Part shown: piece after piece, positions 10,063-20,400 of the stretch
Position numbering within the stretch: the stretch's first letter is position 1
How the letters are laid out: each line of letters begins with the position of its first letter
Assembly: GCA_964484795.1 (NCBI GenBank)
Contig: CAZAFN010000004.1
Location: 13-64,012 of the forward strand
Direction: 5' to 3'
Source of the DNA: an uncultured Alphaproteobacteria bacterium
GTDB lineage: Bacteria > Pseudomonadota > Alphaproteobacteria > Methylaequorales > Methylaequoraceae
DNA: 64,000 bases
Position numbers and translations under genes: made by a program
The notes under the pieces: model-generated
Seen by the model: the letters and a program-made list of their open reading frames with translations, nothing else
Databases searched by the model: none
Told to the model about the DNA's origin: nothing

Positions 10063-10542
10063 TTATTCTCCTAAAGCTTTTTTAAATTCTTCAATTTTTC
10101 CATTTTTCTTTTCTCCCATTATTTTCTCATATATTTGATCAGATAGAGGAAGAGCATATTTATGGATTTTTGCCAGAATATTTTTTTTAGATTTAATTAA
10201 TTCTTCACCTAATTTGACCTTTTTGTTTTCGTATTTTTCTGTGATTTTTTTTATTTCGGCTTCATAGATGGTTTTGCTTTTGTCGTAAGATGATTTAATT
10301 TCTTTGTCATAATTATCTTTTGCCAACTTAAGATCACCATCTATTCTTTGAATGATATTTTCAATCGATTCATTTAATTTTTTTGCTTCTTTTATATAAT
10401 TTTCAATGGTTTCGTCTCTTTCAGATCTTATTTTCTTTAATTTTGGTAAAAAATAAAAATGATTTACTAATAACAAGAGAGTAAAAAAGAAAAACAACCA
10501 AAATACCTGAGAGCTGAATGACTCAGGGTTTAATTGAGGCAT
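10063..10542 (-). CDS. atpF': ATP synthase F0 subunit b'
   Basis: MPQLNPESFSSQVFWLFF matches the canonical b' N-terminus. The longer ORF start at 10650 would overlap atpE. Confidence 0.75.
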   Translation of the reverse strand: MPQLNPESFSSQVFWLFFFFTLLLLVNHFYFLPKLKKIRSERDETIENYIKEAKKLNESIENIIQRIDGDLKLAKDNYDKEIKSSYDKSKTIYEAEIKKITEKYENKKVKLGEELIKSKKNILAKIHKYALPLSDQIYEKIMGEKKNGKIEEFKKALGE

Positions 10543-10621
10543 TCCTCCCTTTTCTTCAGTTGCTTCTACTATTTTAAAAAAAAATACGATTATAAAGGTA
10601 AGAGTTATCTTGCCACTCATA

Positions 10622-10849
10622 TTAGAAAACAAAAAGCAATAAAAGTGCAATAATTAAAGCAAATAATGCTAACGCTTCAACTAGAGCAAAGCCGAGCATT
10701 GTCATTGTGAAGACGTGTTCTCTTGATTCTGGGTTCCTTCCAACCGCTGTTATGAAAGCAGAGAAAATTGAGCCGATTCCAATTCCTGAACCAATTACAC
10801 CTAGAACAGCTATTCCTGCTCCTAAAAGTTTTGCAGCTTCAATATCCAT
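10622..10849 (-). CDS. atpE: ATP synthase F0 subunit c
   Basis: 75 aa two-helix proteolipid with a GRNPE loop and a conserved carboxylate helix. Confidence 0.9.
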   Translation of the reverse strand: MDIEAAKLLGAGIAVLGVIGSGIGIGSIFSAFITAVGRNPESREHVFTMTMLGFALVEALALFALIIALLLLFVF

Positions 10850-10875
10850 ATATTTCTCCTTATTAAAGTTAAAAA

Positions 10876-11616
10876 TTAATGTAAATGTATTGCATCATTG
10901 ATATATAAACAAGTCAATATTGCAAATACATAAGCCTGAAGAAAAGCAATAACTATTTCCAAACCTGTTAGTGCTACTAGAAATGCAAGTGGTAATACCC
11001 CTCCTACAATAAAACTGTTAGCTCCTAGAACAAATACAAACCCACCTATTACTTTAAGTAAAGTATGACCAGCCATCATATTGGCAAAGAGCCTTACAGA
11101 CAGACTTATTGGTCTGGACAAATATGAAATTAATTCTATTGGAATTAAGAGTATTAGCATTGGTTTAGGAACACCAGAAGGTGCAAAAAACTTCAAAAAC
11201 TTAACAATTCCGTGTTTCATAATTGCAATTAACGTAACAGCGAGAAATATAAAAAAAGCTATTGCAAAGGTAACGATGATGTGACTAGTCCATGTAAAAC
11301 TGTATGGAAACATTCCTATTAGATTTCCCAGTAATATGAATAAAAATAATGTAAAAACAAATGAAAAATACCTCATTCCCTCTTTACCTATATTATCTCC
11401 TATCATTTCAGCAATAAATTCATATGACATTTCTAATAATGATTGTCCTTTGGTTGGAATGATTGAAGCATTTCTTAATCCAAAAAACATAAAAATTAAA
11501 ATTAAAAATACTGTAACTAACATAGCTAAGGAAGAATTTGTAAAAGATATATCAATGCCATATGCTTCCAAAGGCCATATAGTTTTAATTTCAAATTGTT
11601 TTAGAGGGCTTGCCAA
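10876..11616 (-). CDS. atpB: ATP synthase F0 subunit a
   Basis: 246 aa polytopic protein containing the conserved Arg motif LSVRLFANMMAGH. Confidence 0.9.
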   Translation of the reverse strand: MASPLKQFEIKTIWPLEAYGIDISFTNSSLAMLVTVFLILIFMFFGLRNASIIPTKGQSLLEMSYEFIAEMIGDNIGKEGMRYFSFVFTLFLFILLGNLIGMFPYSFTWTSHIIVTFAIAFFIFLAVTLIAIMKHGIVKFLKFFAPSGVPKPMLILLIPIELISYLSRPISLSVRLFANMMAGHTLLKVIGGFVFVLGANSFIVGGVLPLAFLVALTGLEIVIAFLQAYVFAILTCLYINDAIHLH

Positions 11617-11641
11617 AGTATCATTCCTTTATAAACAAATA

Positions 11642-11920
11642 CTATTTTAGTTTGGTCATTAACTTAAAAATATTCATAAAACCTGTAACAATTCCTAATA
11701 GCAAAAAAATTAAAAAAAATATAGGTTTTGTTAAAAAAATTTTGTCAATTCCTACTCCAATGCAAACTGCTACTATTATTGGAGAAATTAAGTCTAGTGA
11801 AATCTTTAGGCCAGTTCCAAATCCTGAAAGATTTTCTTTGTTTTTTTCAGACTTTATATTCTTTGACTCAATTTTTTTTATTTTTTCAGATAATTTCAAT
11901 GATTTTTTATTTTTCATCAA
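11642..11920 (-). CDS. atpI: AtpI-like F0 operon membrane protein
   Basis: 92 aa with a basic N-terminus and two TM helices. It is the first gene of the F0 operon and overlaps the smc stop. Confidence 0.6.
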   Translation of the reverse strand: MMKNKKSLKLSEKIKKIESKNIKSEKNKENLSGFGTGLKISLDLISPIIVAVCIGVGIDKIFLTKPIFFLIFLLLGIVTGFMNIFKLMTKLK

Positions 11921-14900
11921 ACCCCTTTTATGGATTCATCATTGGCAAAATCTACTGAAACAATATCAGAAATCCCCTTTTGTGCCATTGTTACACCATA
12001 AACTCTATCAATTGATGCCATAGTATGTTTGTGATGTGTTATAATCAAAAATTTTGTTTTGGTATTATTTTTTAATTCATTAAGTATCGTACAGAATTTT
12101 TCAACATTGACATCATCTAATGCGGCATCAACTTCATCTAATATGCATATTGGTGATGGATTAATAAGAAAAATTGAAAATATTAAAGCGATTGCAGTCA
12201 ATGTTTTTTCTCCACCAGATAGTAGGCTTATGTTTGATAATTTTTTGCCTGGTGGTCTTGCAAAAATTTCTAGACCTGTTTGGAGTGGATCATCAGACTT
12301 TATAAGCTCAAGTTTAGCTTCCCCGCCGTTGAAAAGTTTTTTAAAAAGGTTAACAAAGTTCTTGTCAACATCTTCGAAAGCCTTTATCAACCTATTTTTT
12401 CCCTCTTGATTAATTTTGTTGATGGCAATTCTTAGTTTTTCTATCGCTTGAATTAGATCATTTTTTTCAAGTTCTAATTCATCTATTGCTGTTATTATTT
12501 CTTCTTCTTCTATTTTGGCTCTCAGATTAACCGGTCCCATCTGTTCTCTTTGAAAATTAAGTTTTTCTAGATTACTATTAATCGTTTGATGATCTGTTAT
12601 TTTGGAACTAGAAATTTTGGGATCTTTTGCTAATTCTTCAGGTTGCATTGATGATCTTTGAAAAATTAAGTTTCTTAATTCCTTTTCCTTATTTTTAGAA
12701 TTTTCTAAATTACTTTCTATTCTAGTTATTTCATTTCTTTGATTTTCACGAAATCTTTCCAATTGTAGTATTTTTTGCTCTATTTTTCTAAATTCATTTT
12801 CAATCTCATTAAGTTGAGTTTCACTGTTCTCAAGACTTTTTTTTGTTTGATTATGTTTGCCTTGCAAATTATCAATTTGTTTTTGCAAGTCCGCAGGAAG
12901 AAAATTCAATTTTTCTCCTTCATTTAAATAATTATTTTCTCTCTCTATTAGTTTTTTTATTTGATTTTCACATTCCACAGATCTTGATTTTGTTTTTTCT
13001 AGATCACTTTTAAAATATGATTTTCTCAATTCGTCTTTCATTATTATTTCTTTGAGAGAATTTATTTCTTTTCTTTTATCTTCTAATTTCTCGTCCAATT
13101 TCTGGATATTTTTTTGAACCAGTTCCTTTTCATTTCTTGTTTTATTTGATTCTGATTCATTAAATAGATTTTCTTTTTCCAGTATTTTATTTAATTCAGA
13201 TGAAATTTTTTCTTGTTCATTTTTTAAAGAATCTATTCTCTCAAGAATTTTTTCATTATTGAATCTAGAAATTGAAATTTCTTCTTTTACATTTGATAAT
13301 TTAATTGTTTTTTCATCCATTAATTTATATAGATTCTCTAATTGAATATTTTCCTCACCCTCCTGTATAATCAGTTTTTTTTCGCTATTTAGGGAGTTTG
13401 ACTTCTTTTCAGTCAGAAGATTTAATTTTTCTTCTAGTTTTTTTTCTTTTAGGATGAATTTGTTTATTTTAAGCTGAGAATCTATGATTTTTTTTCTTTG
13501 CAGATTATCCTCTGAAATAAAACCATCCCATCTCCAAATATTCCCATCAATATCAACTAATAATTGCCCAACTGTTAGGTCTTTTTGTTTTTGAAGTGCC
13601 AGATTTTTTTCCTTCAAAAACCCTATCTGAGATAAAATAAGATTTAACTCTTTAGGTGCACTTACATAATTAGAAAGTGGATTTTCTATGGGTTTAATTG
13701 AAGAAATATCTTTTTTTATCCATTTTTTTGGTGACTCTTTTAAAGTTGCATCTAATTCATTCATTAATGCAGCGAAGACAGCATTCTCATAGCCTTTTTT
13801 TATTTTTAAAAGATTTACTATGGACTCATTTGACAAATTTACTTCACCTGTAAGACGGTTTAAAGTATTAATTTCAGTTTGTGATTGGGTCAATTTTTTT
13901 GAAAAATAATCTATCTCTTCATTTAAAGACTTTAGGGATTCTTTCAATGAGTTCTTTTGTTTTTTAATGATCTCAATATTTTTTTTTCTTTCTAGTATTT
14001 TCTTTTCAATTTGGTTTCTATTTTCTTTGATTTTTTGTGAATCTTTTTCCAAATTGTTTGAACTCTTTTGGAGTTGATCTAAATTTTTTTTGTTAGACTC
14101 AATTTCTTTTTTAATCTTTTCTTTGTTTGTTAATAAATTTTCCTTTGTTTCTTTAAGGTTGTCAGATTTAAACTCTTCGCCAAGAGTTAGTTGTATTTCA
14201 TTAACAAAAACAGTTTCAAGTTGTTTGATTTCATCCCTTAATTGGTTTTCTTCAAGGTTTAATTTAATTATTTTTTTTTTTTGTTCACCCATACTATCTG
14301 GAGCGTTTATTTTTTTTTCTAAGTCACCTGCATAGTGTTTGAGTTCGGTTAACCTTTTAAGCTCAATATCTTTATCATTCTTGATTGTGATTAAAAATTT
14401 TTTAATCTCATCTTTCTTGTTTTTAATACCATCCAATTTATTGGTAAGACTGTTAATGTCATTCGTAATCTGATAAAGTCCTTCATTAAGTGAATCTTTG
14501 GTTTTTTGTGTGTTAGATAATTGACTTTTTTTTTCATCCAGTGACTTTTTTTCCAAATTTACAGAATCCAAAGTTTTTTTGATGGAATCTGAGAAGTTTT
14601 GAATTTTCTCATTGGAAATTTTCATTTCATCAATCACACCCCTCCATTCAGTAAAAATTAAAGTAGATTGAAAAAATTTTATTTTTTCTGAAATTTGTTG
14701 ATATCTTTCAGCTTGTCTTGCTTGTCTTGATAGATTTCTTTTTTGTTCAATTAGATTATTAAGATTAATATCTAATTTTTCAACGTTCAGTTCAGTTGAC
14801 TGTAGTTTGAGTTCTGATTCACGTCTTCTAGCTTGCAAACCAGAAGTACCTGCGGCATCCTCCAAAATTATTTTTCTCTCAATTGGTTTAAAATTTATAA

Positions 14901-15357
14901 TTTGGTCAATATTTCCTTGGCTAATTACAGAACTTGATCTTGGTCCGCTTCCAGAATCATAAAACAAAGTACTCACATCTTTAGCTCTAACATCCTTATT
15001 GTTGATTTTGTAGAATGAACCAACTCCTCTTTCTATGGTCCTAGAAATTTTAACTTGTTTCTCTTTCAATTCTGAACCTGGAATTTCCTGTTCAAAATTG
15101 TCTAGCTCAATTGTAACCTCAGAAAAATTTTTAGCCGGTAGATTTTGAGTTCCATTGAAAATTACATCCTCCATAGATCCAGATCTTAAACTTTTAGATG
15201 ATGACTCTCCCATAACCCATCTAATTGCCTCAAAAATGTTAGACTTTCCACAACCATTTGGCCCAATTATGCCGGTTACCCCATCTTCTATTAATAGTTC
15301 AGTGGGGTACGCAAAAGATTTGAAACCAGAAATTTTTAATTTTGTGACTGTAAACAA
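11917..15357 (-). CDS. smc: Chromosome segregation protein SMC
   Basis: 1146 aa with an N-terminal Walker A (GPNGCGKSN), long coiled coils, a hinge and the C-terminal LSGGEK signature. Confidence 0.9.
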   Translation of the reverse strand: MFTVTKLKISGFKSFAYPTELLIEDGVTGIIGPNGCGKSNIFEAIRWVMGESSSKSLRSGSMEDVIFNGTQNLPAKNFSEVTIELDNFEQEIPGSELKEKQVKISRTIERGVGSFYKINNKDVRAKDVSTLFYDSGSGPRSSSVISQGNIDQIINFKPIERKIILEDAAGTSGLQARRRESELKLQSTELNVEKLDINLNNLIEQKRNLSRQARQAERYQQISEKIKFFQSTLIFTEWRGVIDEMKISNEKIQNFSDSIKKTLDSVNLEKKSLDEKKSQLSNTQKTKDSLNEGLYQITNDINSLTNKLDGIKNKKDEIKKFLITIKNDKDIELKRLTELKHYAGDLEKKINAPDSMGEQKKKIIKLNLEENQLRDEIKQLETVFVNEIQLTLGEEFKSDNLKETKENLLTNKEKIKKEIESNKKNLDQLQKSSNNLEKDSQKIKENRNQIEKKILERKKNIEIIKKQKNSLKESLKSLNEEIDYFSKKLTQSQTEINTLNRLTGEVNLSNESIVNLLKIKKGYENAVFAALMNELDATLKESPKKWIKKDISSIKPIENPLSNYVSAPKELNLILSQIGFLKEKNLALQKQKDLTVGQLLVDIDGNIWRWDGFISEDNLQRKKIIDSQLKINKFILKEKKLEEKLNLLTEKKSNSLNSEKKLIIQEGEENIQLENLYKLMDEKTIKLSNVKEEISISRFNNEKILERIDSLKNEQEKISSELNKILEKENLFNESESNKTRNEKELVQKNIQKLDEKLEDKRKEINSLKEIIMKDELRKSYFKSDLEKTKSRSVECENQIKKLIERENNYLNEGEKLNFLPADLQKQIDNLQGKHNQTKKSLENSETQLNEIENEFRKIEQKILQLERFRENQRNEITRIESNLENSKNKEKELRNLIFQRSSMQPEELAKDPKISSSKITDHQTINSNLEKLNFQREQMGPVNLRAKIEEEEIITAIDELELEKNDLIQAIEKLRIAINKINQEGKNRLIKAFEDVDKNFVNLFKKLFNGGEAKLELIKSDDPLQTGLEIFARPPGKKLSNISLLSGGEKTLTAIALIFSIFLINPSPICILDEVDAALDDVNVEKFCTILNELKNNTKTKFLIITHHKHTMASIDRVYGVTMAQKGISDIVSVDFANDESIKGV

Positions 15358-15361
15358 TTTA

Positions 15362-15976
15362 CTAATTTAGTAAAGATTCTATTTTTAATTTTAGAGCATC
15401 GAAAGTAAGATCACCCTTGTATTTTTCTCCATTCAGATAAATTGTGGGAGTAGCTGTTATGTCAAATTTTTTTGATGATTTTAATCTTTCTTTTAAGAGT
15501 CCATCCTCGATAGATTTATTTCCAACACAAACTTTGATTTCATCATTTTTTAATCCACCTAGTTTTGCAATTTTTAGCAGTGATTTGAATGGATCTTGAG
15601 TTCTTGTCCAATCTTTTTGTTTGCTGTATAGAACTTTAAGAAAGCTGAAAAATTTTTTTTCTCCAGAGCATCTGGCAATTACAGATGCTTTAAGAGCATA
15701 CTTATCTAGTGGAAAATCTTTGTAGGTAAAAAAAATTTTTCCACTTTCAATGTATTTTTTTTTGAGTTTCGGAAAAACTTCATTATGAAACGTTGCACAA
15801 TGTCCACATGTTAAAGAGGCAAATTCAACCATTTTTATTGGTGCAGATTCAATTCCTATGGTTTTATCGTTAAGTGCTTCAATTGTGTCAACAATTCTAG
15901 CATTAACAATTGAATGATTTAATAGGAAAAAAACACCAAATAAAATTGTAGTTTTTCTAATAAAAATTTTGATCAT
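15362..15976 (-). CDS. DsbA-family periplasmic thiol:disulfide oxidoreductase
   Basis: 204 aa with a signal peptide and a CGHC thioredoxin active site. Confidence 0.75.
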   Translation of the reverse strand: MIKIFIRKTTILFGVFFLLNHSIVNARIVDTIEALNDKTIGIESAPIKMVEFASLTCGHCATFHNEVFPKLKKKYIESGKIFFTYKDFPLDKYALKASVIARCSGEKKFFSFLKVLYSKQKDWTRTQDPFKSLLKIAKLGGLKNDEIKVCVGNKSIEDGLLKERLKSSKKFDITATPTIYLNGEKYKGDLTFDALKLKIESLLN

Positions 15977-16013
15977 AAATCGAATAAAATTTAATAATTT
16001 CTAACATAAAAAA

Positions 16014-16343
16014 TTAGTATTGTAATGATTTTTTGAACTTTATATCATCAACAAAATTTTTTAGAAAAAACCCATTTATTTTGTGTTTTATTTCTTCTGA
16101 TGAATAAGAAATTTCTAAGAGGTCATTTTGATTTGAAATTAGTGTTAAAATATTTTTGTCATTTATTTTTCTGATAGAATGAACAAAACATTTTTTAGCA
16201 AGATTTTTTCCAAGTATTTTTTCCCAATTCATTTTTAATTCAAGAAGCCTAGAGCCATTTTTCTTTCTTAGTGGTTTTAAGATATTTGGCAAAAGAGTTG
16301 AAATATTAACTGGTGATTTTGTATAATTTCTTTTGTTAGGCAT
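16014..16343 (-). CDS. DUF721/DciA-like protein
   Basis: 109 aa basic protein divergent from mutY. This position is typical of DUF721 genes in alphaproteobacteria. The family assignment is from memory, not a motif. Confidence 0.4.
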   Translation of the reverse strand: MPNKRNYTKSPVNISTLLPNILKPLRKKNGSRLLELKMNWEKILGKNLAKKCFVHSIRKINDKNILTLISNQNDLLEISYSSEEIKHKINGFFLKNFVDDIKFKKSLQY

Positions 16344-17415
16344 GTTTGAAGAATATCACATAAACGATGATTTTAAGAGTAGCTGGAGAAAAAAATTATT
16401 AAATTGGTATAGTTTTAATAAGAGGGATTTGCCATGGAGGCGAAAAGAAAATCAAAATTTTTATCGCATATGGATTTCAGAGGTAATGCTACAGCAAACA
16501 AGTGTTAATACAGTCATACCTTATTACAATGAATTTATAAAAAGATGGCCAAACCTGGAGTCTTTTTTTAGTGCAAGTTTAGATGAGATTCTCTACTTGT
16601 GGCAAGGTTTGGGTTATTATCAAAGAGCCAAGAATCTTTTTAGGGCCAAGGAATTTCTGAAAAAAAAAGAGATCACAATTAATTCAGACAATTTAAAGAA
16701 ACTTCCAGGTATTGGTGAATATATTTCAAGTGCAATTAGCGCCATATTATGCGATGAATCATGCGCAGTAATTGATGGAAATATTAAAAGAATTCTTTCT
16801 AGAGCTTTTAATATCAACCATTTAACACCATTTTTTAATAAAAAAATTTCCTTTATAGCAGAGAAATTAACTCCTCCTAAAAATAACAAACTTTATTGTC
16901 AATCTCTAATGGATTTAGCTAATTTGATCTGCAAACCTAAAATTCCTCTTTGCAACTCTTGCCCAATAAATAATCAATGCTTGAATAAAAATAAATTGAT
17001 TAAAACAAAAAAAATAAAAGTTAAAAGATTAGAAAAGAAAATGAAAGTTGGTGCAATTTTTTTCATAAGATATTCAGATGAATTTCTTGTTGAAAAATCC
17101 AAAAAAAGATTGTTGGAGGGTATGTCTAGTTTTCCTGTAACGGATTTTGTTGAATTGTTAAAAGGGCAAAAAAAATTGGTGATTCAAGAAAAATTGATAA
17201 AAAATTGGCTTAGATTTTATAATTTAAGAAGTTTATTTAAATTTAATCAAGAAATTGACCACGAATTTAGTCATTTTCATTTGAAACTATTGATAGTTGA
17301 GATAAAATTAAAGGAGAGAGCCAGCTTTAAAAATTTTGTTTGGCAGGATCTTAAAAAGTTTGAAGGAAGGGCAATTTCCAAATTGATGGAGAAAGTGAAA
17401 TATAAAGTTTTATGA
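16333..17415 (+). CDS. mutY: A/G-specific adenine DNA glycosylase
   Basis: 360 aa with an HhH-GPD domain (SEVMLQQT), a 4Fe-4S Cys cluster (C-x6-C-x2-C-x5-C) and a C-terminal NUDIX-like domain. Confidence 0.85.
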   Translation: MLGMFEEYHINDDFKSSWRKKLLNWYSFNKRDLPWRRKENQNFYRIWISEVMLQQTSVNTVIPYYNEFIKRWPNLESFFSASLDEILYLWQGLGYYQRAKNLFRAKEFLKKKEITINSDNLKKLPGIGEYISSAISAILCDESCAVIDGNIKRILSRAFNINHLTPFFNKKISFIAEKLTPPKNNKLYCQSLMDLANLICKPKIPLCNSCPINNQCLNKNKLIKTKKIKVKRLEKKMKVGAIFFIRYSDEFLVEKSKKRLLEGMSSFPVTDFVELLKGQKKLVIQEKLIKNWLRFYNLRSLFKFNQEIDHEFSHFHLKLLIVEIKLKERASFKNFVWQDLKKFEGRAISKLMEKVKYKVL

Positions 17416-17741
17416 GATTTTTTTTGTACACAACTTTATTTTTTTTGTTTATACAAACATTGAGTTCTCAGGATAGTTTTTCTAATTTTGAAGAGAGTGA
17501 CCATGAAAAAGCAATTAGAGCAGTTAATGATGGTGAAATATTGCCTTTGAACCAAATACTTAATAGAGTAAGTAGTGAATTTTCTGGAAGAGTAATTTCC
17601 ATAAATCTTAAGGATAATGAAAAGGGACTATTTGGTTGGGTTTACGATATAATGATAATTGACAAAAACAATCAAGTGAAACAACTTAGGGTAGATGCAG
17701 GAACTTCAACAATATTGTCAGTTAAATCGGGGGGTGAATGA
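17412..17741 (+). CDS. PepSY-domain secreted protein
   Basis: 109 aa with a signal peptide and a single PepSY-like fold. It overlaps the start of the response regulator. Confidence 0.6.
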   Translation: MRFFLYTTLFFLFIQTLSSQDSFSNFEESDHEKAIRAVNDGEILPLNQILNRVSSEFSGRVISINLKDNEKGLFGWVYDIMIIDKNNQVKQLRVDAGTSTILSVKSGGE

Positions 17742-18406
17742 TGAGAATACTCGTAGTTGAGGACGATCCAAATTTAAATGATCAAATCAGACAGTCATTA
17801 GAGGATAGTGGCTACTCAGTTGATTCTGCTGCTGATGGTGAAGAGGGACATTTTCTTGGAGATACTGAACCATATGATGCTATTGTTTTAGACTTAGGTT
17901 TACCAAAGGTAGATGGAATTACTGTTTTAGAAAAATGGAGAAAAGAAAAGAAAAACTTCCCTGTTCTCATTTTAACAGCCAGAGATCAGTGGAGTGACAA
18001 GGTTTCTGGTTTTGATGCTGGTGCAGATGATTATGTCACGAAACCATTCCAGATGGAAGAGTTGCTTGCTAGGCTTAGAGCACTGATCAGAAGATCAGCC
18101 GGGCATGCAACTTCAGATATTGAATGCGGTCCTTTAAAAATTGATACTAAGTCTAACAAAGTCTTTTTGAATGGAACAAAACTTAAATTGACATCTCATG
18201 AGTATAAGATAATTGAATATTTTCTTCATCATCAAGATAAGGTGATTACAAGAACGGAATTGGTTGAACATATTTATGACCAAGATTTTGATAGAGATTC
18301 GAATACTATTGAAGTATTTATTGGAAGATTAAGAAAAAAGATGGGAATGGATCTTATTAAGACTGAAAGAGGATATGGTTATAGATTGTCAATAGACAAA
18401 GAATAA
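17738..18406 (+). CDS. OmpR/PhoB-family response regulator
   Basis: 222 aa with a receiver domain (DD..D54..K) and a winged-helix output domain. Confidence 0.85.
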   Translation: MMRILVVEDDPNLNDQIRQSLEDSGYSVDSAADGEEGHFLGDTEPYDAIVLDLGLPKVDGITVLEKWRKEKKNFPVLILTARDQWSDKVSGFDAGADDYVTKPFQMEELLARLRALIRRSAGHATSDIECGPLKIDTKSNKVFLNGTKLKLTSHEYKIIEYFLHHQDKVITRTELVEHIYDQDFDRDSNTIEVFIGRLRKKMGMDLIKTERGYGYRLSIDKE

Positions 18407-18410
18407 AAAA

Positions 18411-19760
18411 ATGAATTCACTAGCAGTCAGACTGTTCTTTAGCGCAACTATTTGGATAATTTTTGCTTTGGTGGCAACTGGAGTTTTTTTATCAGACCTT
18501 AATACAAAATCAAATTTTAAAGCCTTTGATGACAGGCTAAATCTTCATCTTGAAACATTAATAGGTGCTAGTCGAGTGGACTCTTCCGATGGAATTACAG
18601 TAGTTAGTTCAATTGGAGACCCTAGGTTTTTTCAACCTTACTCTGGTTGGTATTGGCAAATTAATAGTGGTGCAAGAACATTGAGTAGATCAAGATCAAT
18701 GTGGGATCAGGTATTTACTTTAGATAAAAGATTAATTGGAGGGCGATCTCAATTTATAGATGCTGCTAGAAATCAAAAAGATGAAAAAAAAATAATAGAA
18801 AAAAAAACCTTGCATATCGTTGAAAGACAGATTTCTTTTCCAGGGATTCCGACACCTTTAAATTTTTTAGTTTCTGGTGATACTAAAGAGTATGAGGAAA
18901 ACATAAAAAAATTTGATAATACTTTGTTTGCAGCTCTCATTGTTCTTGGGGTAGGTCTAATGATCTCAGTTTTTCTTCAGGTTAAATATGGGTTACTTCC
19001 TTTAAATAAAATTAAACATTCATTATTTAAAATTCGTAATGGTGATGAAAAGAAATTGAAAGATCCTTACCCTATGGAAGTGCAACCTCTTGCAACGGAA
19101 ATAAATGATCTCTTGGAGCATAATGAAAAAATTGTTGATAGAGCTAAGACACATGTAGGGAATTTAGCGCATGTTCTAAAAACCCCGCTGGCTGTAATTT
19201 CCAACGAGATAAAAGATGAAAACCAAATTATGGACAGTCAAGTTTCATTAATGAAAAAACATATTGATAGATACCTAAAAAAAGCTTACATAGAGTCCTT
19301 AGGTAAGGTCACAAAAGAAAAAATTAATATTTTTGAACTGACCAGTAAAATGTTGGGAGTTTTTAAAAAATTATATCCGAATATGGAAATTAAATTTGAT
19401 CAGAAAATTACTGATTTATGCGTTTTTAGTAGTTTGGAAGATATGGAGGAGGTGATAGGTAATGTAATAGAGAATGCTTGTAAGTGGGGAAAGAGAAAAA
19501 TTAAAATTAAAGTTGAGAAAAATTCTGAATTTGAAGTTGGGATTTCCATTTCTGACGATGGTCCTGGTCTTCGACCTGAAGAGGTTGAAAAGGTTTTTGC
19601 AAGAGGGTTTAGATTAGATGAGCAAAAACCAGGAACTGGTTTAGGTTTGAATATTGTGAAAGATATTGTTGAAACCCTGAAGGGGAAAGTTTGGTTGAAA
19701 AAATCAAAAATTTTAGGTGGTCTTCAAGTAAATGTTGTTTTACCGATTTCAAGAGTTTAG
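18411..19760 (+). CDS. Sensor histidine kinase (periplasmic sensing domain, HAMP, HisKA, HATPase)
   Basis: 449 aa with two TM helices flanking a roughly 150-aa periplasmic loop. The H-box is LAHVLKTPL, and G1/G2 boxes are present. Confidence 0.85.
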   Translation: MNSLAVRLFFSATIWIIFALVATGVFLSDLNTKSNFKAFDDRLNLHLETLIGASRVDSSDGITVVSSIGDPRFFQPYSGWYWQINSGARTLSRSRSMWDQVFTLDKRLIGGRSQFIDAARNQKDEKKIIEKKTLHIVERQISFPGIPTPLNFLVSGDTKEYEENIKKFDNTLFAALIVLGVGLMISVFLQVKYGLLPLNKIKHSLFKIRNGDEKKLKDPYPMEVQPLATEINDLLEHNEKIVDRAKTHVGNLAHVLKTPLAVISNEIKDENQIMDSQVSLMKKHIDRYLKKAYIESLGKVTKEKINIFELTSKMLGVFKKLYPNMEIKFDQKITDLCVFSSLEDMEEVIGNVIENACKWGKRKIKIKVEKNSEFEVGISISDDGPGLRPEEVEKVFARGFRLDEQKPGTGLGLNIVKDIVETLKGKVWLKKSKILGGLQVNVVLPISRV

Positions 19761-20351
19761 AATTTTTTGGCTTATAAAACTTTTTCTATGTAAGAAAGTT
19801 ATCCCAAATTTTCTGATGGCTTCAACATGTTTTTTTGTTCCATACCCTTTATTTTTATTCCAATCGTATTCAGGAAATTTTTTTGAGAATTCTTTCATTA
19901 TGGAATCTCTATGAGTTTTAGCTAAAATAGATGCTGCAGCAATTGCGACAGATTTCTGGTCACCTTTTATTAAAAAACTTGTGCGTTTGTTTAAATGAAA
20001 CGACTCCGTACCATCAATTCGAACTTTATTAGGAAATTCTGAAAATCGCTCAAAAGATCTTTGCATTGACAGTGTTGTAGCTTTTAGAATATTTAAGCAA
20101 TCAACTTCTTCATTACTAGCCATACCATAAGAATATATAGAGAATTTTTTTATGAATTTTGAGAGTTCATCCCTTTTTTTTTCTGTTAATTTTTTTGAAT
20201 CATTAATTTCTTTGACCATATTTTCTTTTAATATTGATTGTCTTAATAATACTGCACAAGAAACTACAGGGCCACACAAGGCTCCTCTTCCAACCTCGTC
20301 AATTCCTATTACTTCTGCATCAATGTCTTTAAAAAAATCTTGATTGATCAT
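19749..20351 (-). CDS. rnhB: Ribonuclease HII
   Basis: 200 aa with the GIDEVGRGALCGPVV signature. Confidence 0.9.
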   Translation of the reverse strand: MINQDFFKDIDAEVIGIDEVGRGALCGPVVSCAVLLRQSILKENMVKEINDSKKLTEKKRDELSKFIKKFSIYSYGMASNEEVDCLNILKATTLSMQRSFERFSEFPNKVRIDGTESFHLNKRTSFLIKGDQKSVAIAAASILAKTHRDSIMKEFSKKFPEYDWNKNKGYGTKKHVEAIRKFGITFLHRKSFISQKILNS

Positions 20352-20400
20352 ATTTGAAAAAACTGTTTACTTATATTATTAAATAGTTGATATATTTGTT

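Noticed and set aside
10543-10650. N-terminal extension of atpF' overlapping atpE
   Set aside because: The canonical b' proteins start MPQL... at 10542. The extension would overlap the c-subunit gene.
11336-12409. Plus-strand ORFs 11336..11650, 11610..12023, 11728..11958 and 12059..12409
   Set aside because: They are antisense to atpB/atpI/smc. Their low-complexity Lys/Phe/Ile-rich translations are typical of shadow ORFs in AT-rich DNA.
12400-15000. Periodic Lys/Glu-rich repeats inside the long minus-strand ORF
   Set aside because: They are explained by the SMC coiled-coil arms, not a repeat element.
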